Assembly (NCBI GenBank): GCA_010093605.1
Contig: MU004199.1
Coordinates: forward strand, 682,001 to 746,000
Length of the DNA stretch: 64,000 nt
DNA from: Lophium mytilinum
Lineage: Eukaryota
Direction: 5' to 3'
A program made the position numbers and the translations under genes. The notes below the pieces were generated by a model that ran no database searches, was not told where the DNA came from, and saw only the letters and a program-made list of their open reading frames with translations. This document shows positions 13,048 to 25,847 of this stretch, one piece after another; positions within the stretch are counted from its first letter, which is position 1, and each line of letters opens with the position of its first letter.

Positions 13048-14120
13048 ATGGCTACTTATGTCGTCACCGGCGTTTCCAAGGGAATTGGTGTAAGTTTGAT
13101 CACCCGAAACCCGTGCATGATTTGTGAGGCCTAATCATTGATCGTCTCCAATAGTATGAATTCCTTCGCCAGCTATCCGCAGACCCAAGCAGTACCGTCG
13201 TTGGTATAGTCCGAGACAAGCCTACCACGGTCAAGAAGGTGTCAGAAGACCCAGACCTAAAGGGGCGTTCCAACATTCACATCTTGGAGGCCGACGTGAC
13301 CAACTACGACGCTCTGAAGGTAAGAATTTAACTCTTTGTGGTAGCTAGCTACTACCAATTGGGGTCAAGTACTAATGGACTATGACAGAAAGCTGCCGCG
13401 GACACCGCCAAGATTACCGGCGGGAGCATCGACTACCTCATTGCCAATGCAGGCTACGTTTCGCAATTCGATGGCTTCGATCCTATCGGAGTTTTGTAGG
13501 CATCTTCTGTACCCCCCGAATAAGGCCGAATACTAATACGGCAAAACAAACAGGGGTGAGAAACCTAAGGAGCTGGAAAGGGTCCTGAAGGAGCTATTCG
13601 ACACCAATGTCGTGGGCAACGTCCACTTGTATAACTTGTTTATGCCACTCGTCCTCAAAGGCCAGACCAAGAAGGTCATAGTCATATCCAGTGGCATGGC
13701 GGACCCAGACCTCACAACCAATTTCGACCTGGAGGCCGGCTCTCTATACGCCATTAGCAAGGCGGGAATGAACATGGTAACGGCTAAGTTTAGCGCTCAG
13801 TATAAGAAGGACGGCGTTCTATTCTTGAGCATCTGTCCGGGAATGGTGGATGTGGGCCACTATAACAACGGTATGTTTTACCCCCGTCATTTTCAACATC
13901 AGAACAGCGGGCTGACATTCCGTTTGCAGTGACCCCGGAGCAGACGGTGGGCTTGGGGAAGACGATGCAGAAGTTCGCTGAGTATGCGCCTCATTTCAAG
14001 GGCCCAGCCACCCCGGAATCCTCTGTTAAAGATGTGAGGTCGGTTTGGGAGAAGGCTAGCATCGAGAACGGAGATGGCGGCGCCTATCTTTCGCACTTCG
14101 GGAACAAACAGTGGATTTGA
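13048..14120 (+). CDS. Short-chain dehydrogenase/reductase (CsgA-like), 5 exons
   Basis: MATYVVTGVSKGIG (TGxxxGIG), IDYLIANAG, catalytic YAISK, ICPGMVD. Confidence 0.93.
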
Positions 14121-15901
14121 TCTGGTTGGACAGAATCCGAATACTCTGGTGACTAGAGAATGTTGGTAGTTGAAGGTTGAAGGGGTTTCGCATCGAAAGA
14201 AATTCCACACTCGTGTAAGACCAACTATCGAGTGTATTGATAATCATCCTCCGGCCTCTGGCCCAGCGGTACCATATTCATTACAGGTCTATTGTGTCTC
14301 TCCCTAAGCCAAACCGGGCGTTGTGCGTTTTGCAGGTGGATATCTCATCGAGCGTCTACTCGACATACTAACGTTTGATCGGATCAGCTCCGTCTTACCA
14401 CTCAGATTTGTGAAGTACTGATGTATACGTCTCATTTAAACTGGCCGACTTGTAAAGATAAATATGATGGCTTCTCCATGGGAATGGTATGTTAGGCGAG
14501 CGGATATCGCCGCGAACGTTCATTTCGACAGCAATATGAAACTTACCTAATTCGCGGCGCATGTTTCAGAGGCAGGCAATCGGCGATCCTCTTAGCCCAT
14601 AAACGGTGATTGACTAGTTGGCAAAGCTGAACATACCTAGGCTCCGCGTCTTATGGAGCATAGCTGCAAAAAATCGTCATTCACCTATCTCTTTACTTGT
14701 CGCGTTGCTTGACGCTCGATCATGTTTTCGGAGACTCCGAAAGGTGGCCCTCCAACCGACTTGCGCCCTCTCAAGTCTTTCGAACTAACTTGACAGGCGG
14801 CGAGCGAAGCAATGAACACGGAGTCGAGGCTGTAGACGCAGAGCGGGACGGCTGAGAGGAAGAAGTTCGGGCTGCGAAGATCATAGAGCCGGACCGAAAA
14901 GACGCGCGTCTATGTTGTGCCTCAGGTCTTAATTCCAGGTACAGCATTCTAGGCGATATTTCGGGGTTTTCGTTGAAGAAACGTTGTCGCATGTTTACCG
15001 AAGCACTAGGTTGGCGCCACTATCAGAACTCTCTTTCCATGACGAACAAACATGACTAGTGACTCGGGCTCTTTCCTTGCTGGTGTGTGAATTATTCCAG
15101 TATTCCAAGATATAATAACAAGAGTCGAAGAGGGGAAGCTCACATGTGTCTTGGATTGCGAAAGTTTCACATGATTCCGTTCACCCATAAGACGATCGGT
15201 CAACCTCCATGTCTACTAACGACAGCCGTTTTATTTGGTCGTGTCGAATATCTGACATTCCTCTGGTTTAGGATCTCCAAGAGAACGCCGATTTGACCAG
15301 CACCGAGTCGATCTTCCGCCAAGGAGTCGACTTTCTCGATACCAATTAACGGTATTACCGTTCTAGCCTAATGGCTCCGTGGCCGGTTCCGCATTCAGAG
15401 AGGAAGACAGGTACGCGGCCAGGGATGGGACCAATCGGAAGTATTACCCCGGATTCCGAACGTCGAAGGTCGGCAAATTTCCACATTCCACTCACTCTCA
15501 GCCCTAGAGCGTGTCCCTGCGACTGCCACCAATGAAGATCAGAAATTGAATTACACCCTAGTATTTCGAGATTTGCGTCGGAAGTGGGGTAATATTCCAA
15601 AAGTCGAGGATACAAAAACCATGTGATAGGGAGAATTCCCCAGGGTATAATTAAGCATGTGGGGGTAGGGTATTTTTGCGTTTCATCGGTTAAAAACAAC
15701 GATCCTAGTAGCTAGCAACTGTGAGCTAGGAATTGGGGCACTGTGAGGTGCGGAACAAGGAACGTAAATATCAATAATTGAAAATTCTCCGTCCAGGAGC
15801 AGTGGTATCAACCTCCCTTGAACGCCATACTTTTCCTAGTGTACCGCCTGCGAGTTTCCGGCCTTATCATGAATCACATGTTCTCAAAGAGTTGCCTATC
15901 C

Positions 15902-17222
15902 TTATGGCTTGTCATGAGTAATCGTGTACGTGACATCCCGCTGTATGCCTCCTCCTCTTGCCTCGACGCTTTCGTCGTCGCCGGGCCGTTCCCACTCGTT
16001 GCTCCGGTTGTGCGGTTCTTTGCCGGCCAGCACATGGGTGGTGTGCAGAGGATACAAGGGGAGGACTCCATCGTTCGCGCGTGACTGGTTGTCGAGGTTG
16101 TCCAGGCTGTGCAGTTGGTTCGCATAATCTGAGCGCTTCCTGTTCGAGGCGGAGCCGTATTTGTACGAGGAGCCGAGATGCAGGATGGCTTTGAACAGGG
16201 GTTTCAGTGTGACCATTGACCCCATAGCACAACCGACGCCGATTTCGACAGTAGAAAGAACCCGGGCGTCCACAATTTTATCTAAAACCGTTCAATGGCC
16301 GATTCTTCAAAAGTATAGAAGAACTCACATAGAAAATCCGGGCTGTCGAGGGGAAGAGACGTGACGAATTTGAATCTGACGGCGGTCGCCACCATAGCGC
16401 TGGTTAACCATTAGCCCGAAATGGAATTCGAGACGGTAGGCGGATAGGATCATACCAGTTGCCGACCAGAAGAATGCCTGCCAAGGATACTTTGGTGTTG
16501 CGGTTCATCTGCAGTTCTGAAACCACGAAAGCAGGGAGAACCCCGAAAACCAGATCTGTGATGAAGTTGATAGAATTCTGTCCCAAGGTGGCTCTGGCCA
16601 GTTCGGCGGGCTTTTTACAAGATCCAGGGACGGCTGGGTTCCAGAAATGTTGGGGTGGTGTACAGAAGAAGATTAGCTCGAAAAAAGTCCACAGATTTCC
16701 CGCGATAGAGACGACTATTCCGACATATATGATGTATATATGTAGCTTTCGGCGCACGAATCGTAGGAGTAGAGTCCCGATAGATGCTTTCAGACACGGT
16801 GTCGCGGTAGCATAGAAGATGCCAGAGAGAAACTCCATCTGTATGACAATAGCTTAGAGACGAATCGCATGAAAGTGAGAGGGCGCAACAAACCTTCAGA
16901 GCAACTGAGAAATTTTCTGGGTCAATGTCCGTGTAGTGGCGATCCATTTGATGGGCAATGCCGATTAGGATCACAACAACATAAACCGTGAAAAGTGCCT
17001 GGTGTCATAGAATCAGGATTTATTCTTCATTGCAATTTGCGCTTGTTGATTTCACAGCTCGAGTTGTGTACATACCATCGCAGCTGTCATCAGCATATCG
17101 TCTATGCCAAACGTACTCAGAATCTTGACCCTCACCCACACGCGTAGCACGAGCGCTATCCATGCCATAATGAATAGAGATAGGGTCATCCCTAGCTCCA
17201 TGGAGGAGCGCGAATCCGCCAT
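15902..17222 (-). CDS. PTH11-like (fungal rhodopsin-domain) integral membrane protein, no CFEM domain
   Basis: MADSRSS...LVLRVWVRVKILSTFGIDDMLM; LKASIGTLLLRF; FFCTPPQHFWNPAVPGSC; DLVFGVLPAFVVSELQM; STVEIGVGCAMGSMVTLKPLF. Several introns. Confidence 0.9.
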
Positions 17223-20049
17223 CTTCGTTGATCAGCGGAGAAGAATCGACAAATTCGAGGAATAAATTCTGGATATGCGATCGCAGAGAAAGAATGTAGA
17301 AGACAGCACTTGTAAGATGGCTCGGCAATACGATAAGAGTGGATGTGCCAGGTTATTACTTAAGGCATTGGACGCTGTCAGCGTGTCGGCAAGGGTTGAT
17401 CCCAGCCATCACCCCCAAAGCCGTTTGAACCATCGGCGCATGAGCCTCAAAGTTCAGACTTGGACAGAGGCCGTTCACATTAAATGGCTAATGCATGACA
17501 CTGATCCTTTCAAGAGACGCAAAGCTGGGGTACCTAGACCGTGTGGGGAATTCCGGAGCATGCATACCATTTCACTGGTTGGTCGGCGATCATGACTCGA
17601 GATGGCATGGGCCAGGTCAGGAATACCATGGTAAAATGGTGCCTGAAGAACAACAGCACCCTTTCACTTGCTCGAGGCGAACATCCGCCTACCATTCGGG
17701 TGGCGTCTGGGACGGGTATTTGTGCCGAACCCTACCGGCTGGGCGGCCTATTAATCCTCGACGCGAGGTACGCGACGTGTAAATGGGCTGAATGTCAGGT
17801 TCCAGGCAGGCCACCGTAACTGTAGCGGTCTATACCTTGAAGAAAATAGGTGCGACAACGGCTATGATTTTTTGCCTAACCAGCTGTCGACATTTCGAAG
17901 TCGATCCTCAATAAAGTTTCGTCGCGGTCCATGTTCGGATGAGAATATTCATGCCCCCTCCTTTACTCACGACTCGGAAGCGTGTTGTCTAGAGGGGGCC
18001 ACGAGATAATCCAGACTCATGAAGGCTTTCGGGTATGAGAACCGCGCGTTCTCTTTTGTATACAGATGCTAACTGAGGACAAGGATTGAGGAGGAAACGT
18101 CTGAATTTGCAGGCGGAATCAAGAAAGCAGCAAAAGAGAAGAGAAGAGAACGTAATGATAGATAGGCATTAGAGGTTCCATGGCTTGGTTATTGGTCAAA
18201 AAAAATGAAAGACGCTTTCGGCAGGCCTGGTGGCCAAGTGAGGCAGCCAAGCTTTACACCGTGCGAGTGATATCGACCCTTGTTAGTATAGTTTCCCATT
18301 AGCCCCTGAGGCCAACGAAAATCGCTGGAGTCCCAGCGGTTCGGTCCGACCGTTTAACGAGTCAAGGCTGGCTAGCATTAGGCGTAGTCTTGTCTCAACT
18401 CAAGACAGATGGGGCCCCATGCCACTGTCTTCTGTAACCGAGCAAAATGCCGGTCTTGGTGAATAAGTGGTCAAGGCGTCAGTCTTCAGAGAAGACCAAT
18501 GAAGCGGTGAATATTACCTTGAGCAGTAGAGCAATGGCTGTGACTTGGCATATGTGCAACCTTCTCCTACCCAAATGGGGTTATATGAGCCTGGAAGGCT
18601 ATTGAGCGGGAGCGGCCCGCAGAGAAAAACAGCAACGGGGCGCTTGAGTCGTCTACTAGTACGAATTCGGGAGTTTGGGTAGGCTACTAGTACCCGCTCT
18701 CGAGTAAGGTAAATTCTGAAGAAGTGGTGCGGTGGGCTGAGAGCAGGAAAACAGTGGGGCTGGATCACCCTTTCACACGACCCTTAACATACTATGTAGA
18801 CAAACTTGTGGGAAACACCTGGAGAAGAACTCTACCTCCCCAAGAAGTTCTTGAAACAGTGTTCGCTTGGCGACCTCTAGAACCATAATTCTTAAGGGAG
18901 AACTTACGCCCACCGGACACGGCTCGGATACGGGTGCGGATATCGGGGACGGACAGGAAAGAAAGGTCAACTTCCTGCTTGCGACCGGCAACCAGGTTAG
19001 GTAAAAAGGAACGTGGGTGAAGATCCTATCGGAAGTTGTGGAGGATGAGGGTTTGGTGGGTGACGGCAAGGGCGCGGAGATGAAGTCGTCGATGTTGAGA
19101 AGAAGAGTTGAGTCACGTGAATATAAAGCGCATGAATCCTAATCCTTTTAAGTTGGCGTCTGATGGCTTCAAGCCATAAATATTAGGAGGTATAGTATGA
19201 GCTGTCAAAGAGCCTATTGAAGTTACTAGACGACCTGAAGCACAGTTGCTCACGTGATGATCGATCTTTATTCTATCGAGTTCGCGTCAAATCAGGTTTC
19301 GCACTATCTCCACTACACGATTTTGAATACCTTCAGCTCCGCACAGGTCCTCTAGTTGCAATTGAATGATACATGAATCATCCACGGTACCTGTAAGCGC
19401 TCGAAATGCTTCGAAATGACAGCAGTCAATTCTATTATTAGACGAGGCAGCGAGGCGGGAAAAGGAAAATGCAGTCTCGCCGACGGAGAGTTTACTCGGG
19501 CCTTTCCAACCCCTAGTGTCGCTTTATTAATCAGCCAACATCGTTGACGCAGGGCCGCCCTCGCTGTTTGAACTCATTTTGATGAGACAATCCTTTCAAC
19601 TCCCTTTGATTCGCAGTTTTTCTTAATTTCTCAGCGTATGAGCCTGGATCTCATTGGGGCGCTAGACCTTTGGTCGCGTGCCGTTACGGAGAGAGCGAAC
19701 GAGATACCAAAAGGCAACGCGCGAAAGAGCTTGGCTGTCGGTCGGCCTCACGTCCTATGCAAAGCCATACTCATCCTCACCGCTTTCTAAGCCAGGAAAT
19801 CGTCTGTATATGGGGCAATTGGGGTCCCAATTTAGGCTAGTGTTCGCACGCTTGAACTTCCTCAAGGCTGCCAAGGTCTGATCAGGATTTCGCAGCAGCA
19901 AACTCAGGTTCGCTTAGCCTTTGCTCAGATCAAGACTTGTGGATGGTTTCAGCAACAGAAACTTGAAGAATCTGATGGGTTCAATTTTGGGCCAAGGAAA
20001 CGGCGCATACCCGGCCGCTGACGGCTTAAGACGCTAGATTGTAAAATCA

Positions 20050-20272
20050 CAATACTAGGTCAGAGGGTTGGGCACACGGAGATGTCGTTGCTCCGCCTCC
20101 GCTTTTGGTCCCTTAGCACTACTGTAAAGAATACTACGTCTAGCAGATATTAGCTTTGTTGACAGGTAGTCTGATTTATAATGTGCTGACCCTTACGTAG
20201 TATTTGGAGTTCGAAAGCGAATCGGGGTACCCCCAAGCAGTTGGGGGGTGCGCAGACTTATGCCATAGTGCA
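20050..20272 (-). mobile_element. Decayed copy of the MITE family found at 44984 and 47703
   Basis: caatactaggtcagagggttgggcacac ... cactactgtaaagaatac...ctagcagata...aggtag ... ggggtaccccc ... gtgcgcagacttatgcc is colinear with the reverse complement of 47703-47929. Many transition differences. Confidence 0.6.
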
Positions 20273-20503
20273 GCAATAGGCCATCTTCAAAATCTGTGTA
20301 TCCACGTCCACAACTGCTTAGAGTAATTCGATCGATTTTCAGAAACCCAGGCGCGATGTCAAGGTGGGAGTATAGACGCTCTCTTGATTGACTGGCTGTT
20401 TTCTGCCCGGGCTGCCCCTCACAGTGGTGTCAAGCGAGTAAGATTGGACCCAAGTAGTGATGATTCCGTGTGCTTAGGCTTGTGGCCTGGTCGTACGCGA
20501 GCA

Positions 20504-22705
20504 TCAACGAAGGATGAATTCTTGGTCCGGGTTCGCGTGAAGCAGCTCCCCATTCATCGCATTATGAACGTAAGCGTCGCCGACGAACTGATGCTGACCG
20601 AAGTATTTACGGATGATGTAGAAGACGTCGCCGCCATACAGAAGGCACACAAGATCGCCCGGGGCTGCGTGCTTTGGTCCGATTCCAATGAAGCCAGTCA
20701 GTGTGATGAAGAGGCATCGAGATGCGAAAGTTTCAACTAAGAGCTGTGTAGCTTGTACTTTTGGAGGATCTGTGGCGCGTGGTTCTTTGGGGTCAGACCA
20801 TTCCTCTCCTACGAAATCAAAAGGATTTTTTTTGCTCGGCCCTCCAGCGAGAAGCTTTAAACGATGGAAAGCAGAATATTTGTTGGGGGGGTCACTGCGT
20901 GTTTGATCATATATTGGGCTCCCGGACCCAGCGAGTATATCTCTAGAAACGAGGAATACGGTTCCACCACTAGCCCCCAATCCTGTCGATTCCTGAAAAG
21001 GCTGGGTTGTTACCGCTTTGGCTTGATCAAGCGTACTCTGGACGAAAGCATCGCACACAACTGAGGGTATTGCGGCGGCTTTGTCTACTTGTTCTTCCGG
21101 TTTCTTGCCATGGGCACTCCGGATAGATTGATTGGACGCTGTTTTTGTTCTTGCTTTGTGTAGGTGTGTCGTGAGTTCTTGTATTATACTCGGAAGAAGA
21201 TCGACGACATCGCGACCGTTCTTGAAAGGTCCAAAAACATGGTCGATTGTGTCAATACACGAGCCTTCTAGGCGGAGCGTGCTCATATCATCCGAGAAAT
21301 GAACGATAGCACTCGTCGTTCCTGAAGCCTTGTGCTGAGCATACTGATCGGACTGCCACAATTCCCCGGCGGACATCTCGGTGCTGAAGTCGGGGACCCA
21401 GGACTGGAATATGGCGCTTTGAGTGGAACTCTTGCGAGACAGGATCTTGAGGCTCCGGTCATGAGTAATCAAATGTCGAACAACTTCCTTGCACACGTGC
21501 TCAAAGTTCTTGGAGTAATCGGGAATGATGGCGCCTCGGTCGACCTCTCGCGCTAGCCCGAGTAGCGCATAAATTTTGTCGCGCGGGTCAGTTGCCTGGG
21601 TGTGCGCAGTAAGAAAGAGTAGAGACGCCAAATCTATCTCTTTCTCGTTCCTAAAGCGATCGCGAAGGGCCAGGAATGATGCCATCGGAGGAAGGCCAGC
21701 TCGAAATGTAGAGAAAAACATGTTGAAAGCAGAGCAAGGGGCACTATGAGTGCCAGCGATAATTAGTGGAGCTTTATTTGCGACGGCTATTTCCTGTGCG
21801 ACCCAGATCCTGGACCAGTATGACCGCGACGTCAAGGCGTAGAGGGAGAGCATGTTGAAATGAGATATTTCGACGTTCTTCGTGAACACTGCTCCTATCT
21901 TTGACATGACATTGTCGCTGCCAGCTTGAGCCGCTCCTGTCCAGGCAAGCACTTTCCGGGCGGATCCATAGATCCTTTTCATTTCTTGGACTTGATGGTT
22001 TCGTTCTTGGATATTCTGCTGATCGATACATAGAGCGTCAATCCAGATGGTCCGACTAAAGCTCTTGAGTCGGAGATGTCGTAGCGCTGCCTCTAGATTA
22101 CTCGTCACTTTGAGGTAGCTGTCACCGATTCGTATGTAACGAGCACTTGTTCGGTCTCCCCAAGTGTAAGATAGCGCGTCGAACGAGACTTCGCTGTCAA
22201 AGCTGAAATGTTCTAAGCGACATGAGATCTCATCATCGAATGACCCTGCGTTGAGGACCAACAATCTAATCTGAGACTTGGAAAAGTCCAAGGGGGTATA
22301 TCGATACAAAATTCGGTTCAGCAGATTCAAAGGTCCCTGAGGAACACTTTGAAGTCGTGGGCGCTTGCTCTTATTGTCGAAAAGTGGCCCGAAGAGGTCG
22401 TCGGCACTATCGGGGTTGATGATCTTCTTTCGCTTTGATGGAGTTACAGAGGAAAGCTCTTCTGGCCAAGGGATGCTGAGTATATGGCTATCTTCTCGAC
22501 GAATTCTCTCACTCTCCCCCCAAGAGACTCTGAGTATACCGCCATCTTCTTGACGGATCTTCTCAATCGGTTTTGGGGCTCCAGGAGGCTCGCGAAATGG
22601 ATCTAAGTTTATCACTTGAGCCGGGGGGGTGCAAGGCGAGTTAGATATTGTCTCATGGCCAACGGGCGTCGCTTCCATTGCGGTCTTATCCATGAGCGTC
22701 GCCAT
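20504..22705 (-). CDS. Heterokaryon incompatibility (HET-6-like) protein
   Basis: IRLLVL, FDALSYTWGD, IWIDALCIDQ, ERNHQVQEMKRIY, YWSRIWVAQEI, ATDPRDKIYALLGL, SWVPDF. C-terminal GDLVCLLYGG...FVGDAYVHNAMNGE. Confidence 0.93.
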   Translation of the reverse strand: MATLMDKTAMEATPVGHETISNSPCTPPAQVINLDPFREPPGAPKPIEKIRQEDGGILRVSWGESERIRREDSHILSIPWPEELSSVTPSKRKKIINPDSADDLFGPLFDNKSKRPRLQSVPQGPLNLLNRILYRYTPLDFSKSQIRLLVLNAGSFDDEISCRLEHFSFDSEVSFDALSYTWGDRTSARYIRIGDSYLKVTSNLEAALRHLRLKSFSRTIWIDALCIDQQNIQERNHQVQEMKRIYGSARKVLAWTGAAQAGSDNVMSKIGAVFTKNVEISHFNMLSLYALTSRSYWSRIWVAQEIAVANKAPLIIAGTHSAPCSAFNMFFSTFRAGLPPMASFLALRDRFRNEKEIDLASLLFLTAHTQATDPRDKIYALLGLAREVDRGAIIPDYSKNFEHVCKEVVRHLITHDRSLKILSRKSSTQSAIFQSWVPDFSTEMSAGELWQSDQYAQHKASGTTSAIVHFSDDMSTLRLEGSCIDTIDHVFGPFKNGRDVVDLLPSIIQELTTHLHKARTKTASNQSIRSAHGKKPEEQVDKAAAIPSVVCDAFVQSTLDQAKAVTTQPFQESTGLGASGGTVFLVSRDILAGSGSPIYDQTRSDPPNKYSAFHRLKLLAGGPSKKNPFDFVGEEWSDPKEPRATDPPKVQATQLLVETFASRCLFITLTGFIGIGPKHAAPGDLVCLLYGGDVFYIIRKYFGQHQFVGDAYVHNAMNGELLHANPDQEFILR

Positions 22706-23166
22706 CGCACGTCATCTCAAGCTCGTCAACGAGAGAAAGTACTGTTCTTCCATGGTTTGATTCGGTTCCGTGGGGGAGTGGGAATGTTAGGTTGGCTTGA
22801 TGAGCGCAGTCATGAGGCTGCCTTATCCTGCTGCGCCTCAATAACAGATAATTAGACAGATTTAGACGACATAATTCCGAAGCATCCACAAGTGCTTGAT
22901 TCTAACACAATCCTGAGCCTCTTCCTACGCTCTTACCCAGCTATACCTATGCTTTGGTGAACTTTTCTCTGCAGCTGATTGAAGCTTCGCCCATCTCTAA
23001 AGTTCCCTTCTGCCTCTTTCAAAGCGGTCGAGAATAGATGGCATAGTATGTGCGTGTAGACATAGAAACGCTCAGGTAACTCAAACAGACCCATAGTTCT
23101 AAACATCATCGTATGTAAATGGGATGTGAGACCAGAAATCTGAATGATCTCTTTCTTTGTCATAAA

Positions 23167-23194
23167 TCACGTGAATACACGAATAATCACGTGA
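23167..23194. promoter_or_regulatory. Two TCACGTGA E-boxes 20 bp apart in the divergent HET/hydrolase promoter
   Basis: TCACGTGA at 23167 and 23187. Confidence 0.4.
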
Positions 23195-23607
23195 TCGTAG
23201 AGCAGAAGAGCTACTTTTCGGGATCGGATTTTACACAATCTCCGGCTCCAGTCTCGAAAAGTAAAATGCGGGAGCCTCTTGGCATGGATGATGGTAACAT
23301 AAATGCCCTTTTATGGAAACCTTCGTCTATAATTTACTTCTTCAGTTAAGATTTGAATCAGGCCCCTGATAAGCTTACAAACCTCTAACTAGTCGTACTA
23401 TGAATGATAGCATTAGAAAAGATGTGCAAAGGCCGATGACGTTGTAGAACGATGTAAGATATAAAAAGGTCTGATCTGTCGGCAAAAGATAGTAAAATTC
23501 TTCTTCTCCGACGTGAGCCTCGTTCTTATTAGTTTCATCCTTCAATTCATTTCACTCTGTAGCCAATCCGATATTCCGAGAAGCACCCCAAGGAAACAGT
23601 CAACAAG

Positions 23608-24777
23608 ATGTCTGCCCCAAGTCCAGAAACTCGCTTCGTCGACTTCAACAGACATACCGTTATCTACAAGACAGTCAATGGGCATGCCATTGACGTTCAA
23701 GTCTTAATTCCTAAACACGTCCAATCTGGGAGCCATCCTCTGTTTGTGCAATTCCATGGAGGATGCCTGGTAAGCTTGCTCGTACTGTTCTTTTCTATGT
23801 ACTCCTCATGGCGAGGCAAAAGTAATCTCACTTATATACATATGGTGCTTTTCACGCACCAAGAGGAGGAACCTATCAATAAAGATCGCATGAAGCGGTA
23901 CACGAAAGAATTGCCCCATGCAGCAGCATACGCGGGCACCCAAGCCACTTTCTATCATACCCCCAACACCCCTACAAACAACCAGCTAACCCTCCACCCC
24001 CAGATCACCGGCACCGCCCTCCACCCCGACTGGTTCCCCCCCTACGTCACCTCCTTCATCCTCGCCCACTCCGCCATCCTCATCGCCCCAAACCACCGCC
24101 TCCTCCCCGAATCCCGCGGCGCCGACATCCTCACCGACCTCTCCGACTTCTGGGCCTGGCTCCAATCCTCCCTCCCCGCCTACCTAACCTCGATCCTCCC
24201 AGCCCTGCACGCCGACTTCACCCACCTCCTCGTCTCCGGCGACAGCGCGGGCGGCTGGATGGCGCTCCAATCCGCGTACATGCTCCCAAAAGACTTTATT
24301 AAAGCCATGTTCCTCACGTACCCAATAACCCAAGCCCTCCCCGGCGCCGGCGCTACCGAGAAATACGGCTTGCCGATCCCAGATGCGGAGTGGCTGGAGC
24401 GGTATCTCAGTAATATCAAGCCAGGGGCTGTGGTGACGAGTGCCGCGCCTCCCGCTCGCATGGACGTGTGTTTCGCGCTGATTGAGCATGGGCGGATGAG
24501 CGAGTTCCTCGGTGCGGGTGCGGAGTTTGATACTCTGGAGGCGTTGGATGGGGCGACGTGGTTTCCGAGGACTTGGGTGCTGCATGGGAAGGATGATACG
24601 CTTGTGAGTCTGGAGTACTCGGTTAGGCTTGCGGAGAAGGTGGAGGGGATGTTTCCGGGGCGGTTGAGGCTGACGGTGCGGCCGGGGGAGCATGCGTTCG
24701 ATCATGGGCTGTGTTTGTCGGAAGAAGAGAAATGGTTGGGTGAGGGGTTGGATTGGGTTGCGAAGGCGTGGTTGTGA
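23608..24777 (+). CDS. Alpha/beta hydrolase (HSL-like, Abhydrolase_3); intron 23770-24003
   Basis: FHGGCL, nucleophile GDSAGG, HGKDDTLV and GEHAFD. Confidence 0.92.
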   Translation: MSAPSPETRFVDFNRHTVIYKTVNGHAIDVQVLIPKHVQSGSHPLFVQFHGGCLVSLLVLFFSMYSSWRGKSNLTYIHMVLFTHQEEEPINKDRMKRYTKELPHAAAYAGTQATFYHTPNTPTNNQLTLHPQITGTALHPDWFPPYVTSFILAHSAILIAPNHRLLPESRGADILTDLSDFWAWLQSSLPAYLTSILPALHADFTHLLVSGDSAGGWMALQSAYMLPKDFIKAMFLTYPITQALPGAGATEKYGLPIPDAEWLERYLSNIKPGAVVTSAAPPARMDVCFALIEHGRMSEFLGAGAEFDTLEALDGATWFPRTWVLHGKDDTLVSLEYSVRLAEKVEGMFPGRLRLTVRPGEHAFDHGLCLSEEEKWLGEGLDWVAKAWL

Positions 24778-25847
24778 ATTGGCGCGGAGCTGAGAGTGGC
24801 GAGTTAGTGAAGAAGGGGGTTTGAAGGCTTCGTAGAGGTCTGCAGAGGTTCCGAGGAAGTTTTCTGCGGTGGAGATGGGGTGGATGGAATTGTTGAGTTC
24901 GATTGGCATTTTGGACCTTTCTAAGCCGTTGAAGCATGTTGTATGGAGTGAGCCTTTTCTTGTAGGGACACTGAAATTATTGAAAGAGGCGAAGCTGCAA
25001 GTGCAGTTGGATGATGAAGCCCTATGGGTTTTGTCTGAAGCATTAGGGTGGGTCGATTCGTTGGCCACGCTGAGAACTCAATTCTGGTCGAAATCAAGCT
25101 TGTTTTGTTCGCATACAATGATCTTATTTTCTATTTATGGTCCGGGGCGCAACGCGCGCCATCTAAAAAATCGCGGCCGGACCGAACAGAGTGTTCTGTT
25201 ATGTGAGAGCACAATGTTGGGGACGACTTAACAGTGTCTAAGGTGCCTTCTATGAGCTTTCGGAAACCCAGGCACGCTTTAAAGCTGGACGCGATGAAAA
25301 TTACGTTGCTTTATGACAGACTAGCTACCTAGCGGTCGGGAGACCCCCGGCAGCGGTCTCGAGGAGTCAAGAATGACACTCGAGCGGTAGTTATTGTGTA
25401 CATTGAACTGACGGTCGAGAGTGGACGTAATGGGAACGAACGTAAAGTATGATGAATTGAGATTCAGGATTCATTTTGATTGGTCGATTATTCAACGGAT
25501 GAGTCGCTCCTGGCGGTGGTGTTGGCTGGTCAAGAAAGAAATTCAGGTTCGGGGATCTCAGTTTGCTCACGCTAGGGACTGGATTGAGTAAGAAACGCGT
25601 TACGAAAGGGAAAAGGCATTGAAAATCAATCTAAAATCTAATCGAAAACTGGACAGATGTGGAACTCCGACAACGAGAAGAAGGAGTCACGAATGGCACC
25701 TAAGCTGTGACAAGTCCGTATGGTTGAGCTTTGAAATGAATACCGGAAGAAAGTGACCTACCATGTGATCGAAAAGTCGGCCGGGACGAAAGATCAAGCT
25801 GTTGCTGCTACAGACATGAGCGACAGTTCGCAGCTAGCAAAGCCCAG

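Noticed and set aside
18019..18170. Plus-strand intron-like signal (gtatga...gctaac...aag) with a ~33-codon ORF
   Set aside because: Too short, with no recognisable product; could be chance.
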